A DNA stretch of 64,000 nucleotides from Hemiscyllium ocellatum (GCF_020745735.1 NC_083409.1:6499534-6563533), one strand, 5' to 3'. Positions 35,508 through 48,144 are shown, counted from the first letter of the stretch. Translations and numbers: made by a program. Notes: generated by a model from the letters alone, not told the origin.

Positions 35508-35760
35508 CAGTGTGGAAACAGGCCATTCAGCCTTGTAATCCTGCATTTTCCATGGCTAATTCACCTTACCATGGAGTCCGTGAGCCCACTTAACTTGCAC
35601 ATTGTTGCACAGTGAGAGGAAAGCAGAGCACCCGGCCAAAACCCACACAGATACGAGGGGACTGTGCAAACTCCATGTAGGCTGTTGCCGGAGGCTGGAA
35701 TTGAGTCAAGATCCTTGGCGGTGTAAGCAGGAGTGCTAACCACTGAGTCTCCATGTTACT
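35508..35760 (-). mobile_element. Degenerate V-SINE
   Basis: Diverged match to the HE1-like copies (tgcaaactcca, gctaaccactg). Confidence 0.6.
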
Positions 35761-38700
35761 ATGATGCAGAAGATGGCTGATACGTTTGCTTTCATCAGTC
35801 AGAACGTTGAGTGCAGAAGACAGCATGTCATTTACAGTTCTACAAGATATTGTTAAAATCACATTTAGAGTACTGCGTACAATTCTGGTCAACCTGCAAT
35901 AATAAGGATGATATAAAACTGGAAAAATTGTAAAAAGGATTTCCAATGATGCTACTGAGATGGAAAGGTTTGAGTTATAAGGTGTTGGTGGATTGTTTGG
36001 GACTTTATCCCTGGAACAGGAGGCTGGGGGGAGGCCATTAAGAGGTTTTATAAAATCATGAGGGCCAGAGTGTGACGATGCTGCTCCTTTAACAAGGTTA
36101 GGTTGTCCTTGGCTTTTTCTCAGAGGAGTCATAAACAAACAGATTCCAAAATGTCTGAGTTTATCTACTTGAAGAAGCTTTAAAGTTTTCAAACAAACAT
36201 TCATATAATGAAAGGGGATTGGCCGGCCAGCTCACCCACCTCAGCTTCACTCTGGTTTGGTTTGCTTTGGTTTGAGAAAGCAGTCCCTTTTTTGAGGCTG
36301 CTGGTCAAAGAAACAGCTACATGGAAGAAAGTGTTCCATGCGACATCTTTCTGCCATCTCTCGTCTCTGACCTGTAGACCCAATGTTTGATTTTACCTTT
36401 TTTTTTGCCACGGCATGGGTTTATGGGGATTGTTGCAGGAATTTGGAACTGCATCATTAAACATCAAACGTGATTCTAACATCAAGAGAACATATATACC
36501 CTTCATTTTACTATCATCCATGTACTTATCTAAATGTTGCTTAAATGTCCCAAATGTATCTGACTCTACCACTGCTGTCAGTGCATCCCACGCACCCACA
36601 ACTCTTTGTGTAAAGAAACTACGTCTGACGTCTGTTTAAGAAGGGTAGTAAGGACAAGCCAAGGAACTATCGACCAGTGAGTCCGATGTCGGTGGTGGGC
36701 AAGTTGTTGGAGGAAATCCTGAGGGACAGGATGTACATGTATTTGAAAAGGCAAGGACTGATTGGGATAGTCAACATGCTTTATGTGTGGGAAAGATATA
36801 GTAATAAGTATAGGTATAGATTATTTTTTTTGAAAAAAAGTAACAGTGGATTGATGCGGCCAGAGCAGTAGACATTATCTATATGGACTTCAGTAAGGCA
36901 TTCAACAAGAGTCCCCATGGGAGGCTGATGAGCAAGGTTAGGTTTCGTGAAACACACGGAGAACTATACATTTGGATAAAGAGCTGGCTCAAAAGTAGAA
37001 GACAGAGAGTGTTGGTGGAGGGTTGATTTTCAGATTGTTAGCCTGTGGCAAATGGAGTGCCACATGGATCAGTGCTGGGTCCACGACTTCTCATCATTTA
37101 TATAAATGATTTGGATGTGAGCATAAGAGGTGAAGTTAGTAATTTTGAAGATCTAACCAAAACTGGAGGTATAATGGACAGCAAAGAAGCTTACCTCAGA
37201 TTACAGCGGGATCTTTTTCTGATGGGCCAATGGGCTGAGAAGTGGCAAATGGTGTTTCATTTAGATAAATGTGAGATGCTGCATTTTGGGAAAGCAAATC
37301 TTAGCAGGACTTATACACTTAATGGTAAAGTCCTGGGGAGTGTTGCTGAACAGAGACCTGGGAGTGCAAATTCATAGTTCCTTGAAAGTCGAGTCGCAGG
37401 TAGAATAAGGTAGTGAAGCAGGCGTTCGGCATGCTTTCCTTCATTGGTCAGAGTATTGAGTAGAGAAATTGAGAGATCATGTTGCGGCTGTACAGGACAT
37501 TGGTTAGGACACCTTTGAAATGTTGTGTGCAATTCTGGTGTCCTTCCTATCGGATAAATGTTGTGAAACTTGAAACGGTTCAGAAAAGAATTCTGCCAGT
37601 CTTGGGGGACTTCAGTTTTCGGGAGAGGTTGAATAGCCTGGGGCTGTTTTTACTGGAGTTTAGGAGGCTGAGGGACAATTTTATAGAAGTTCATAGAATC
37701 ATGAGGGGCCTGGTTAAGATAAATAGACAAAGTCTCTTCCCTGGGGTGGGGGAGTCCAGAACTAGAGACATAGGTTTAGGGTGAGAGAGGAAAGAAGTAA
37801 AAGAGACCTAAGGGGGAACTTTTTCCAAGCTGCCTTTAACCCTGTAATCTGCATTCAAATTTGACCTTCCAAAATGAATTGCTTCACACTTTTCAGGTTG
37901 AACTTCATCTGCCACTTCTCAGTCCAGCTCTGCTTTCTGTCAATATTCCATTGCAAACGACAACAGCCCACCACCCTATCCACCACTCTACCAACTTTGT
38001 GTCATCGGCAAACTTACAAATCCACACTTCCACTTCCTCATTCAAGTCATTTCTAAAAATCAGAAAGAGCATAAATTCCAGAATAAATCCCTGCGGAACA
38101 CCACCCGTCACTGAGCTCCAGGCTGAATACCTTCCATCTGCTAGTACCCTGTTGGTGGGCATTAAGTGGGATAGGCAATTGGGTTTTCAGATCGGTTTTG
38201 TTATTCTATATTCTGTTCTCTTTTGATGTTTCAGTTGGTATTCTGTAAATAGATTATGTTTTGTTTAAAGCCAAGGGGTTTTGACCAATTGCATCATTCC
38301 TGGAATATCCACTGTTCACCTGCTCAGAACAACGAGAAAAATGAGAATCTGGGCTATATTGTAGAAGTTATTTTGAGGGGGTCTGGCCTGGTCCATAACT
38401 TTAGATAAAGTAATTATCCAAGGTCATTTCCCTAAAGTAAGGGAGCCCAAAGCTGAATGGCACAGGTTTAAGGTGATAGGGGAAAGATTTAAGAGGGACT
38501 TGAGGGCAACATTTTCACCCAGACAGCTGAGTTATATGGAATGAGCTGCCAGAGGAAGTGGAGGAGATGAAAACATTTACAACATTTAAAAAACATTTGC
38601 GCAGATACATGAACAGGAAAGGTATAGAGCGATATGGGTCAAATGGTGGCAAAGGGACTCAGGGGTATAGATTAAGTGAATAATTCAGGAATGATGTTAA

Positions 38701-39640
38701 TACTTTGCAGAGAGGGAAAAAACAATCCCAAGGAAGTTTCAGAAATGAGGAACGTCGACAAGGAAAGATAGATTGGAGATCTTGGGACTATGTTCCTTGG
38801 AAAAGGGAAGGCCGAGAGGACATTTGATCGAGGACTCGAAATCAAGAGGGATGTCGACGGAGTAAATAGGGAGAAAATCCCCCTAATCAGGAAAGGATTG
38901 AGAACGAGAGGCCACAGATTGAAAGTAATTGGTAAAAGAAGCAAAAGTGAGATGAGGACAATCATTTTCAGCCAGTGAGTGGTTCAGGTGTGGAATGCAC
39001 TGCCTGAGAGTGTGGTGGAGGCAGCTTCAATTGAAACATTCCGAAGGGAATGAGACTGCTATTTAAAAAGGAACAATGTGCAGGGTGACAGGAAGAAGGC
39101 AGGAGAATGACACTCAGTGAATTACTCATTCAGAGAACCAGTACAGACAGGATGGGCAGAATAGCCTCCTTGTGCACTGTAACAATTCTGTGATTGTGTG
39201 ATTGAGTAGAGTTAAAGCTGGGGGAGGCGGGAGCCCGGTGTCTCACTGTGCTGCTGCTGCTGCTGAGGTCAGTGAGATCAGAGACTGGGACAGGGAGCCA
39301 GAGCTCACATCAAACTCTGCCCAGTATCTGTCACACTGAGACTGGCAGGAGGCTACTCACTGATTTCACTCCATGCTGCAGGAATGGGACCATAGGCTGC
39401 AAATGGACAGAGCTCCTCCACACGGTGAGTAAAACTTACTGACTTATATCTTGCTTTTTTTAAAGAGGGCATGAAAGTAAAGAAATACAGCTGGACACCC
39501 TGTTAGACACAGTGCTCCTCAATCAACCATTTCATTCACTGCAGCTTCCCACTAACACCTTCAACAAATCAGCAACTGTATTTTAGAAAGTGTGTTTCAG
39601 TGTTTACAGGGTGAATATCGGAGGATGGGGGTTCACTTAC

Positions 39641-39970
39641 TCAGTCTGAGCTTGGATCCTTTGCCGAATGTAAGAGTCCAGCTATAATCTTGCATACAGT
39701 AATAGTCAGCGACATCCTCATTCTGAACGTTGCTGATTGTCAGGGTGAAACTGCTCCCTGAGCCACTGCCGGTGAATCGATCGGAGACTCCTGTGAATCG
39801 AGTTGCTGCATTGTATATCAGGACAGAGGGTTTCTGACCTTCTCGCTGCTGGTACCAGGAAAGCCCTTTGCTAACAGATTTACTGGTCGTACAGGTGATG
39901 GTTGCACTCTGGCCCAGTCCCATTGAAAGCACCGGGGGAGACTGGGTCATGATGATGTCCCCACTGATAC
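39641..39970 (-). CDS. IGKV: Pre-joined (VJ) Ig kappa-type exon, in frame, no RSS
   Basis: 330-nt exon with cag| acceptor and A|GTAAGT donor. Reads DIIMTQSPP...C..WYQQ...DYYC-MQDYSWTLT-FGKGSKLRL and splices in frame to C at 28292. Confidence 0.95.
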
Positions 39971-40156
39971 CTGAGGGGTCAGAGAGAAACACAGTGAAGT
40001 CAGAACTGTCACAGAAAGAGCATGTCAAATGAGAGATTGTTGGAGACACTGAGCATCCCTCTGGTTTCAGCATTTTCCCTTCAATCACAAGTCAGTGGAA
40101 TTGGAGTGAAATAGAGAACAGCTAAAGATTAAAGGTGGAAGGAGAGAGAAGTGTAC

Positions 40157-40205
40157 CTGCAACACAGAATGCCAGGGGCCAGATCAGCTGTATGTGTGAA
40201 ATCAT
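40157..40205 (-). CDS. Leader exon of the joined kappa gene (MISHIQLIWPLAFCVA-G)
   Basis: 49-nt exon, ATG at 40205, G|GTAC donor, hydrophobic signal peptide, open frame. Confidence 0.92.
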
Positions 40206-40265
40206 GGTGTGTACTCCTGTCTCTGTGCCTGGTTCCTGATAAACTCTCCCTTCACTGGGCTCTGC

Positions 40266-40362
40266 TTTATAAAGCTGCAGCCTGTGTGAATCTGAATGGA
40301 TGTTCCTCAGTATGTAAATGGCATCAAGCAGAGAGAGCCACGTCAGCCCCTCACACTTCCTC
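40266..40362 (-). promoter_or_regulatory. V promoter, cluster B
   Basis: TTTATAAA 40266-40273, ATTTACAT 40312-40319, TGACGTGG 40338-40345, GAGGAAGTG 40354-40362. Confidence 0.72.
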
Positions 40363-41885
40363 TTCTCTCTCTGTGACTCACTCACCTGTCTTCTCTTCCT
40401 CCTCTCTTCCTTGTCCCCACTTTTCCCTTTCTCAGCTTTCACTCTCTCTCTTTCCATTTCTCTCTCTCTCCTTGCCAGGAAGAAGAGGATACTGATTGTC
40501 AAGTGGTTTTCTGACTGGATGTCTTGTCTCCACGATTGAGCCATAACAATCAGAATTAGGGGCCTTTACTGATTTTGCTTCATGTGATTTATTTCAATTT
40601 GATTGTAGGAAGGCTGACCTGGAAGTTTACTAATGATTGAAAATTTGAAGGGATGGATAGCCTTAGAATATAAAAGGATAGAGACGGGCTGTTCAGATGG
40701 GTTGATTAACGTCAAATTGAATTTAATCCAGTTAAATGTGAGGCGCTGCACCTGGGCAGAACACACAAAGTAGGAGAATGCATGATGGATAGTAGGACCC
40801 TGGGGAGCACCCAAGATCTGAAGGACCTTTTGTGCATGTGTACTGGTCCTTTAGGGCTTCAAAAATGTCGGATAAAATGGTTAAGAAGGCAGATGGGAAA
40901 ACTTCAACATTTCAAAGACATCCGGACGGCTATATGAATAGGAAAGCTTTAGAGAGAAATGGTCCAAATGCTGTCAAATTAGACTAGATTTATTTAGGAT
41001 AGCTGATCGGCATGGACAGGTTGATCCGAAGGGTCTGTACATCTTTGTGACTCTATGATTTTCCTTGTTTTTAGCTGAGGTGAGGATTTTAAGGACAGGA
41101 TGTTTGTTTTTGGATCGGTTTAAAATGTTGGTTCGGCCACAGTTACACTTTTGTATGCAGTTGCGGAATATATACTGTCTGTGGGATATGGTAGCTCTGG
41201 AGAGGGTGAAGAGGGGATTTACCAGGATGTTATCTGGAGAGTTTCTGTTATGAAGAGAGATTGGACAGACTGGAGTTGTTTCCGTTAGACCAGAGGAGAT
41301 TGATGGTGCACATGACTGAGATGTGTAAAATCATGAGGTGTATGCGTCTTTCCCCTTGATGGTGGGATCAATGACAATGGGGATACATTTCAGGTCATGG
41401 GCCTGAGATTTAGAGGAGATGTGAGGAAAACCATTTTCACCCAGAGTTTGGTGGGAATCTGGGACTCCCTGCTTGTTAGGGTGAGAGAGACAGAAACCCT
41501 CACAATATTGAAGTAGTATTCAGACATGGAGTTGGGCTGCCAAGGTATACAAGGCGATGGGCCAAGGACTGGAGAATGGAATGAGAATAGTGAGGTGGTT
41601 GTTTTTGACTGGCACAAACACGATGGTTGAAAGGACCTTGTTTTATATGTTGCAGATGTCTCTGACTCTGTGACACCGTCACTCACTCAGTTTGCTCTCC
41701 TGTCTCTTTTCCTCCCTCTCTGTCTACCTCTCTCCACTCCACATCCCCACCCCCCAATCCCCACCATCTCTCTCTCTCTCTATCTATCTCTCTCTCTCGC
41801 TCCACTCCACATCCCCCCAATCGGCATCATCTCTCTCTCTCTCTCCCTCCCCGTGTTTTGTCGTTAGGGTAATATGATTTTTATT

Positions 41886-42112
41886 TGTCAAAATAACTTC
41901 ACAGCAGCCTGTATCTTGTTACCAAGTCACCCTTTATTCACATGTTCACAGTACATGGATTCTGACCAGCCAGCTCAGAGCCAGGCCCAAGAGTGAGGAG
42001 AAATCCTCAGACTCTCATTTATATTTGTCAGCCAGGACACACTTCTTTGGCCCAGTTCACAGCCTCAACCAGGGAATTCATACTCACTGAGGTCCATCAG
42101 GAAATCATTACA
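41886..42112 (-). mobile_element. Probable solo LTR
   Basis: On the minus strand it begins TGTAA and ends TGACA, with ATATAAA (42018-42024) followed by AATAAA (41933-41938). The target-site duplication is ambiguous: tttat flanks both sides only if the left edge shifts by 1 nt. Confidence 0.5.
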
Positions 42113-42389
42113 TTTATCCTTCCTGCAAAATGGACAATTTCACATTTTCCCACATTATTCTCCTTTTGTCACATCTTTACCCACTCATTTAATCTATGTA
42201 AAGCCTCCTTCAGACCGTTTCACAACTTACTTTCCAAACAACCTTTGTCTTATTGACAATTTTCTTTCTCCCCCTTCATCCAAGTCATTGATAGAAATTC
42301 GAAAAAAAATATAGCCCAGCACTGATCCCTGTGGCAAATCCACTCAGTATATTCAGACCAACAGAAAAATACCCATTTGTGCCTATTCT

Positions 42390-43560
42390 CTGTCACCCTC
42401 TCTATCTCTTTACACCCAATTCTTTCTCAAGCTCTCCCACAGCAACCCTCTCACTCTCTCTCTCTCTCTCTCTATCCATCCCTGTATCTCTGTCTCTATT
42501 CCTGACTCTTTTACTCTCTCTCTCACCCCCATTCTCTCTCACTCCTTATGCCTCTCTTCATCTCGACTTCTCTCTCCTTCTGACTCGTCCCATCTCTCTC
42601 TTTCTCTTACTCTCTCTCACTCCCATCTTACTCTCTATCTCTAGCAGACTCTGTCTCACTGTCCGTCTGTCTCTATCAACCTTTCTCTCTCCTTCTGTTA
42701 CTCATTCTTGTACCGCTTGATGCTTGTCCCTGCGCCTGCTCACCTCTCTCTCCCACTCTGCCTCTCTTTGTCATTCTCTAACTGATCTCTATGCCCCGTC
42801 TTACTGCTGGACATTGGAACACTGAGTCCTGGGGCAGCAGTTAAATGCCTCCTCTGTCTGTCTCACTGAAAGTTTCCTGCTTACTGTCCCTCTCTGATTC
42901 CCTCCGTCTTTCCATCCCTCCCTCTCTCCCTCCTTCTCTGTCTCCTTTCACCCTATCCACCTGTTTCCCAGGTGGATTTAGGTTAATACATGGAAAATCT
43001 TCCTCACCAATGGATGTGAGTCTTTCACCAATAAACATTTACCTCCTTCCCATTGGACCCTCCAATAGAGGCCAGTAATCAGTGACCTCTTTTCTACTGG
43101 ACTGTCCTGTATTTGAGCTTCAAACCCAAAAATCTCTCTATCCCCACAACAATATCCATCTCTGCACAACTACAGCCCGAGGACCACAGAAACCCTTATT
43201 CCTTCTCCTTCCGCCTGCTAACTCCATGATTTCAATGTCCTCGCCCAGCTTCCTCCACCCATTCTCACTTGCTTCACTGATGCCATTTTCACTTTCTCGC
43301 TCAATGCAACTCTCCCACTCTCTCTCTCTCCAGCTCCATCTCTCTACTTCAGACTCTTTCACACACTCCCTCACTCTGTACCTCTCTCAGATTTCTGACC
43401 CATTCTGTGTCGCTACACCCCTGACTCTTTCACAGTCCCTCTCTCTCTATGATCCTCTCTTTCTGGCTCTCTCTCAATCTTGTATCTCTCAATACTTGGG
43501 CCTCTGCTCACTCACCTCTCCTTCTCATCCTGCCTCCAGGTTCTTTCTCATAAATATGAG
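42390..43560. repeat. CT-rich low-complexity tract
   Basis: Degenerate (CT)n; the overlapping ORFs are Ser/Leu-rich artefacts. Confidence 0.85.
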
Positions 43561-43599
43561 GAGATGGACAGTTTGTGTATTAGTAATAACTTCAATACT

Positions 43600-46500
43600 T
43601 ATGGGGAGCAGGTCTGGTCAGAATTGGTCAAAATTCAGATACGTAAATTATTGGGGTACTTTCTGGGGAAGGTGGGACCTGTACGTGAAGGATGGATTGC
43701 ATTTAAACTGGAGGAGCACCAATGTCCTAGGCAGGAGATTTGCTGGAGCACTTTGGGAGCGTTTAAACTAGTTTGGCAGGGGGAACCAGAGCTGCAGATC
43801 AGTGGAGAAAGTAATTATTGAACAAGCCGAAATAGAATGCAGAGAGACTGTTAGGAAGAATACACAGTTGATCGCCAAATTGATGGGTTAACGTGTGTGT
43901 GTTCGAATGCAAGGTGTGTCAGGTATAAGAGTGATAAACTTAGAGGATGGATAAGTACTTTGAACTATGATGTTATGGCCATAACAGAGACATGAATTTC
44001 ACAGTGGCAGGAATGAATGATTGCTGGATGTTCCAGGGTACAGATCTTTTATAAAGAACTGTGTGGGTTGTAAAAGGTGTAAAAGATGAGGGGGAGCAAC
44101 ATTGTTAATTAGCAAGTGCATTACAGCTGCAGAAAAGCATGTTATTGAGGAGGGTTTGTCCATTCAGTCAGTATGTGTGGAGTAGTCATTTTGTTGGGTG
44201 TTTACTATAGACACCCAAATGGGACCAGAAAGATGGAAAAACAAATTGGACAGCAGATCGTGGAAAAGTGCAGATGTAACAGAGTTGTTGTTATGTGTGA
44301 CTTCAACTTTCCCAATATTGATTGGAACCTCCTTCGTGCAGATAGTCTGGTTGGAGATGATTTTGTCAGGTGTGTCCAGGAAGGTTCCTGACTCAATATG
44401 CAGACAGGCAGACTAGGAGGGAGGCCATATTGGATTTGGTGCTGGGAATTAGTCAGATCAGGTGTCAGATGTCTTGGTGGAAGAACATTTCAGTGACAGT
44501 GACTACAACTGCCTCACCTTTACCATAGCCATGTGGAGGGATAGGAACAGACTGTATGGGAAGGTATTTAACTGGGGAAGTCATACTGCTATTAGAAAAG
44601 AGCCGTGGAGTATAAATTAGGAGCAATCGTACTTTGGGAACTGCACAACAGAAATTTGGAGGCTGTTTTGGGAGCACTTGTTGCGAGTGCTATATAACTT
44701 TGTCCCACCGAGACAGGAATGGTAAGGTGAAGGAGCTTTGAATGACAAAAGAAGAGGAGGTTCTTGTCAGGAGGATGAAGGAAGCTTACTCAAGGTTGAG
44801 GAAGCAAGAAAATCTGGCACTGGTTTAGATGATTACAGGGTAGCTAGAAATGAACTCAAAAATGGAGGAAGGAGTGCTCGGCGGGGGCATGTTAAAGCCA
44901 TGGCAGAAAGGTTAGGGAAAATCCAAAGGCATTCTAGATTTACGTGAAGAATAAGAGAATGATCAGAGATAGGGCAGGGTTGATCAGGGATAGTGGAGGG
45001 AACTTGTGCCTGGAGTTGGAAGAGGTAGGGGAGGCCCTAAGATAGCTTTTTCTTCTTCAGTATTCACTAGAGACAGGCTGCTTGTTGATAGCGAGAACAC
45101 TGTGGGCCAGGTTAATAGGTTTGAACAGTTTGGTATTAAGAAAGTGGATGTGCTGGAAATTCTGGGTAGGATCAAGATAGATAAGTCACCAGGCCCAGAC
45201 CAGATGTATCCAAGGTTACTACAGGAAGCGAGGAATGAGATTGCAGTACCTCTGGCGATGATCTTTGCATCCTTACTCTCCATGTGAGTAATACTGGCAA
45301 ATTGGAGACAGGCAAATGTTGTTCCTCTGTTCAAGAAAGGGAATAGATAAATCCTTGGGAATTACAAACCAGTCAGTCTTTCGTCTGTGGTAAGCAAGGT
45401 ACTGGAAAGGATTCTGAGGGATAGGATTTATGATTATTTTGAAAAACATAGTTTGATTAAAGATAGTCAACATGGCTTTGTGAGGGACAGGTCATGCCTT
45501 ACAAGCGTTATTGAGTTTTTTGTGAGTATGACAAGACAAGTCGACAAACGTCGAGCAATGGATGTGGTGCATGTGGATTTCAGTAAGGCCTTTAATAAGG
45601 TTCCCCCCAGTTGGCTCATTCAGAAAGTTAAGAGTTACAGGATACAGGGAAATTTGCTCTCTGTACACAGAATTGGCTGGCCAAAAGAAGACAGAGAGTG
45701 GCAGTGTTCCACCTGGAGGTCGGTGACCAGTGGTGTCTCACAGGGATCTGTTCTTGGGCCTCTGCTCTTTGTGGTTTTTATAAATGATTTGCATGAAGAA
45801 GTGGAAGGGTGGGTTAGTAAGTTTGCTGATGACACAAAAGTCGGTGGTGTTGTAGATAGCATCAAGTGCTGTTTCAGATCACAACAAACCATTAACAGGA
45901 TGTAGAACTGGGCTGTGAAGTAATTCTTTTTGGAATTTTGAATTTGAATGCTGAATCCTGCGTTAAAGACAGGATACTTCGTAGTGTAGAGGAATAGTGG
46001 GTTCTTGGAGTCCACGTACATAGATCCCTCAAAGTTGCCACCCAAGTTGATAGGGTTATTAAGAAGCCTTTTGCTGTTTTGGCTTTAATTAACAGTGGGA
46101 TTGAGTTTAAGTGCTGCGAGGTTTTGCTGCAGCTCTGTAAAATTCGGATTGGACCACACTTGGAATATTGTCTCCAGTTCTGGTTGCTTAATTATAAAAA
46201 GGATGTCGATGCTTTTGAGACAATGCAGAGGAGATTTACCAGACTGCTGCCCAAATTGGAGAGCTTGTTTTGTGAAGAGAGGTTGAGTGAGCTGGGATTT
46301 TTCACACTGGAGAGAAAAAGGAAGATAGGTGACTTGATAAAGGTGTACAAGGTAATGAGAGGCGTAGATTGAAGGTGATTGGGGGAAGGTTTAGGGGAGA
46401 TGTCAGAGGTCGTTTCGTTACACAGAGAGTGGTAGGTGGGTGGAACGCACTGCCAGCGGTGGTAGTAGAGTCAGAGACACTAGGGACATTTAAGTTACTG

Positions 46501-46620
46501 CTGGAGAAGCACTCGAATGAAAAGAAATTAAAGGGTGCGTAGGTTAGGTTGAACTTAGATTAAGATTAATGCTCAGCACAATACCGTGGGCTGAAAGGCC
46601 TGTACTGTGTTGCACTGTTC
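43600..46620 (+). mobile_element. Decayed near-full-length CR1 ORF2
   Basis: APE (GVYYRHPN, DFNFPNIDW) and RT (DFSKAFNKVP, GVSQGSVLGPLLF, SKFADD). Confidence 0.88.
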
Positions 46621-47029
46621 TAAGTTCTATGTTTTCTGCCAGTTGTTCTAAAATGTCAATGGCTTCTGCAGGTTCCATCTCACACACAAACACAGTGGGG
46701 AAGTGGATGAGGTAGGAATGTTCTGTCGGGATCCATGGAACTGTGCCCCAACATAACGTGCCACTCAGGAGGGGAGAGGGAATGTTCAGGGTCCTGAGCT
46801 CCATTTCCCAGCCCTGGCTGCATTCCTAATGAATGAATGAGATGCCAATTTGGAGCCCAGGTTCAGGGCAGTCTCATTCTGTGGACACGGGTCTCCAAGA
46901 GGAAATTTGTGATTGTGCTGTAAAGGCAAGATTAGCTGGATTATGGGAGGAATGAGGGTAAATGGGACTAATTGGATCACTCACAGGCACAATGGGCTGA
47001 ATGGCCTTATTCTGTACTGCTGTGCCGTC

Positions 47030-47280
47030 AGAGTCCAGGGAGTACAGACAGTTCACAGTTTTAACCCATCTCAGTAACAAACATCCAGCTGCTCCGAGCT
47101 CCTTCTTTCACTTCCTCTCTGGGTGAAGTTTCAACCTTGCGATCTGACAGTCTTTGCAGCTATTTTTTACACTGGGGCTGTCTGCTGTGGTCAGAATCTC
47201 TAATAATAAGTGTCCAATCAGTGACAATCAAACAGTTAAGAGCAGTCAGGACTGAGGAGCCAGGCTCACTGTGAAACACA
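47030..47280 (+). promoter_or_regulatory. Candidate B-cell enhancer module, copy 2
   Basis: E-box CAGCTG 47086-47091, EICE TTTCACTTCC 47106-47115, RUNX TGTGGT 47186-47191. Lies 6.9 kb upstream of the joined V. Confidence 0.45.
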
Positions 47281-48144
47281 TTGGGAAGATCAAAGCCATC
47301 CTCTTCAGCTCCCGGTACAAACTCCATCCCTCTCCCTGAGCACTGTCTGCTGCTCAACCAGACTCTTTACAACCTTGGCCTCATCTTTGAGGCTGATCTG
47401 AGCCCCACATCCCCCACATCACAAAGATCAGCCACTGAAAATCTCAGCCATGTCATGGGGACTCGAAATATGGCCATTCCGGTCTTGTCACAGAATCATT
47501 GAGGTTTTGAACATAGAAACAGGCCCTTTGGCAAAACCTGTCCATGTCACCCAGTTTTCACAATTAATCTAGTCCCATTTGCTCGCAATTGGTCCATATC
47601 CCTCCGTACGTATCCCATCCATGTAACTGGCCCATATCACTGCCACCACTCCAGCAAAACTTCAGCACATCCAAACTCTGCTGCCAGTCTCTGAACTCAC
47701 ACCAAGTCCTGTTTCTCCATTCCTCTGTAACCAACTTCGGTTTCTGGTCCGACAAAATCTCAATTTTCAAATTCTCCTGCTTGTTCTCAAATCCCTGATT
47801 ATCCTTCACCCTCTCTACCTCTGCGACCTCCGCCGAGCCACCTCACTCAGTGTGGTCAGCAGTCTTGGATATGTGACTCTCTATTCCTTCATCCAAGTCA
47901 TTGAGAAAGAACATGAATTGCTGAGGTCCCAGCACAGAACCCTGGGGACACCAACATTCACATATTGCTCATTGGAGGACACACATTATCCTCCTACCTG
48001 CCTCCAAACTCCAAATTCCTGACCCAAGGTAAATCATGTTCCCAAGCTCCAATTGTTCAGCAAACATTGAAGCATAGAAACTAGGAGCAAGAGTAGGCCA
48101 TTTAGCCCTTTAGGCCGGTTCTACCATTCTATCTGACCATGCCT

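Larger units (their letters stand above)
34400..37830 (+). mobile_element. Mosaic of CR1 RT fragments in the J-C intron
   Basis: ORFs 34724..35014 and 37045..37377 (GVPHGSVLGP) are RT pieces, interleaved with a fold-back element and SINE fragments. Confidence 0.7.

Noticed and set aside
43082-43771. 229-aa ORF
   Set aside because: CT-rich low-complexity sequence running into a CR1 ORF1 remnant.
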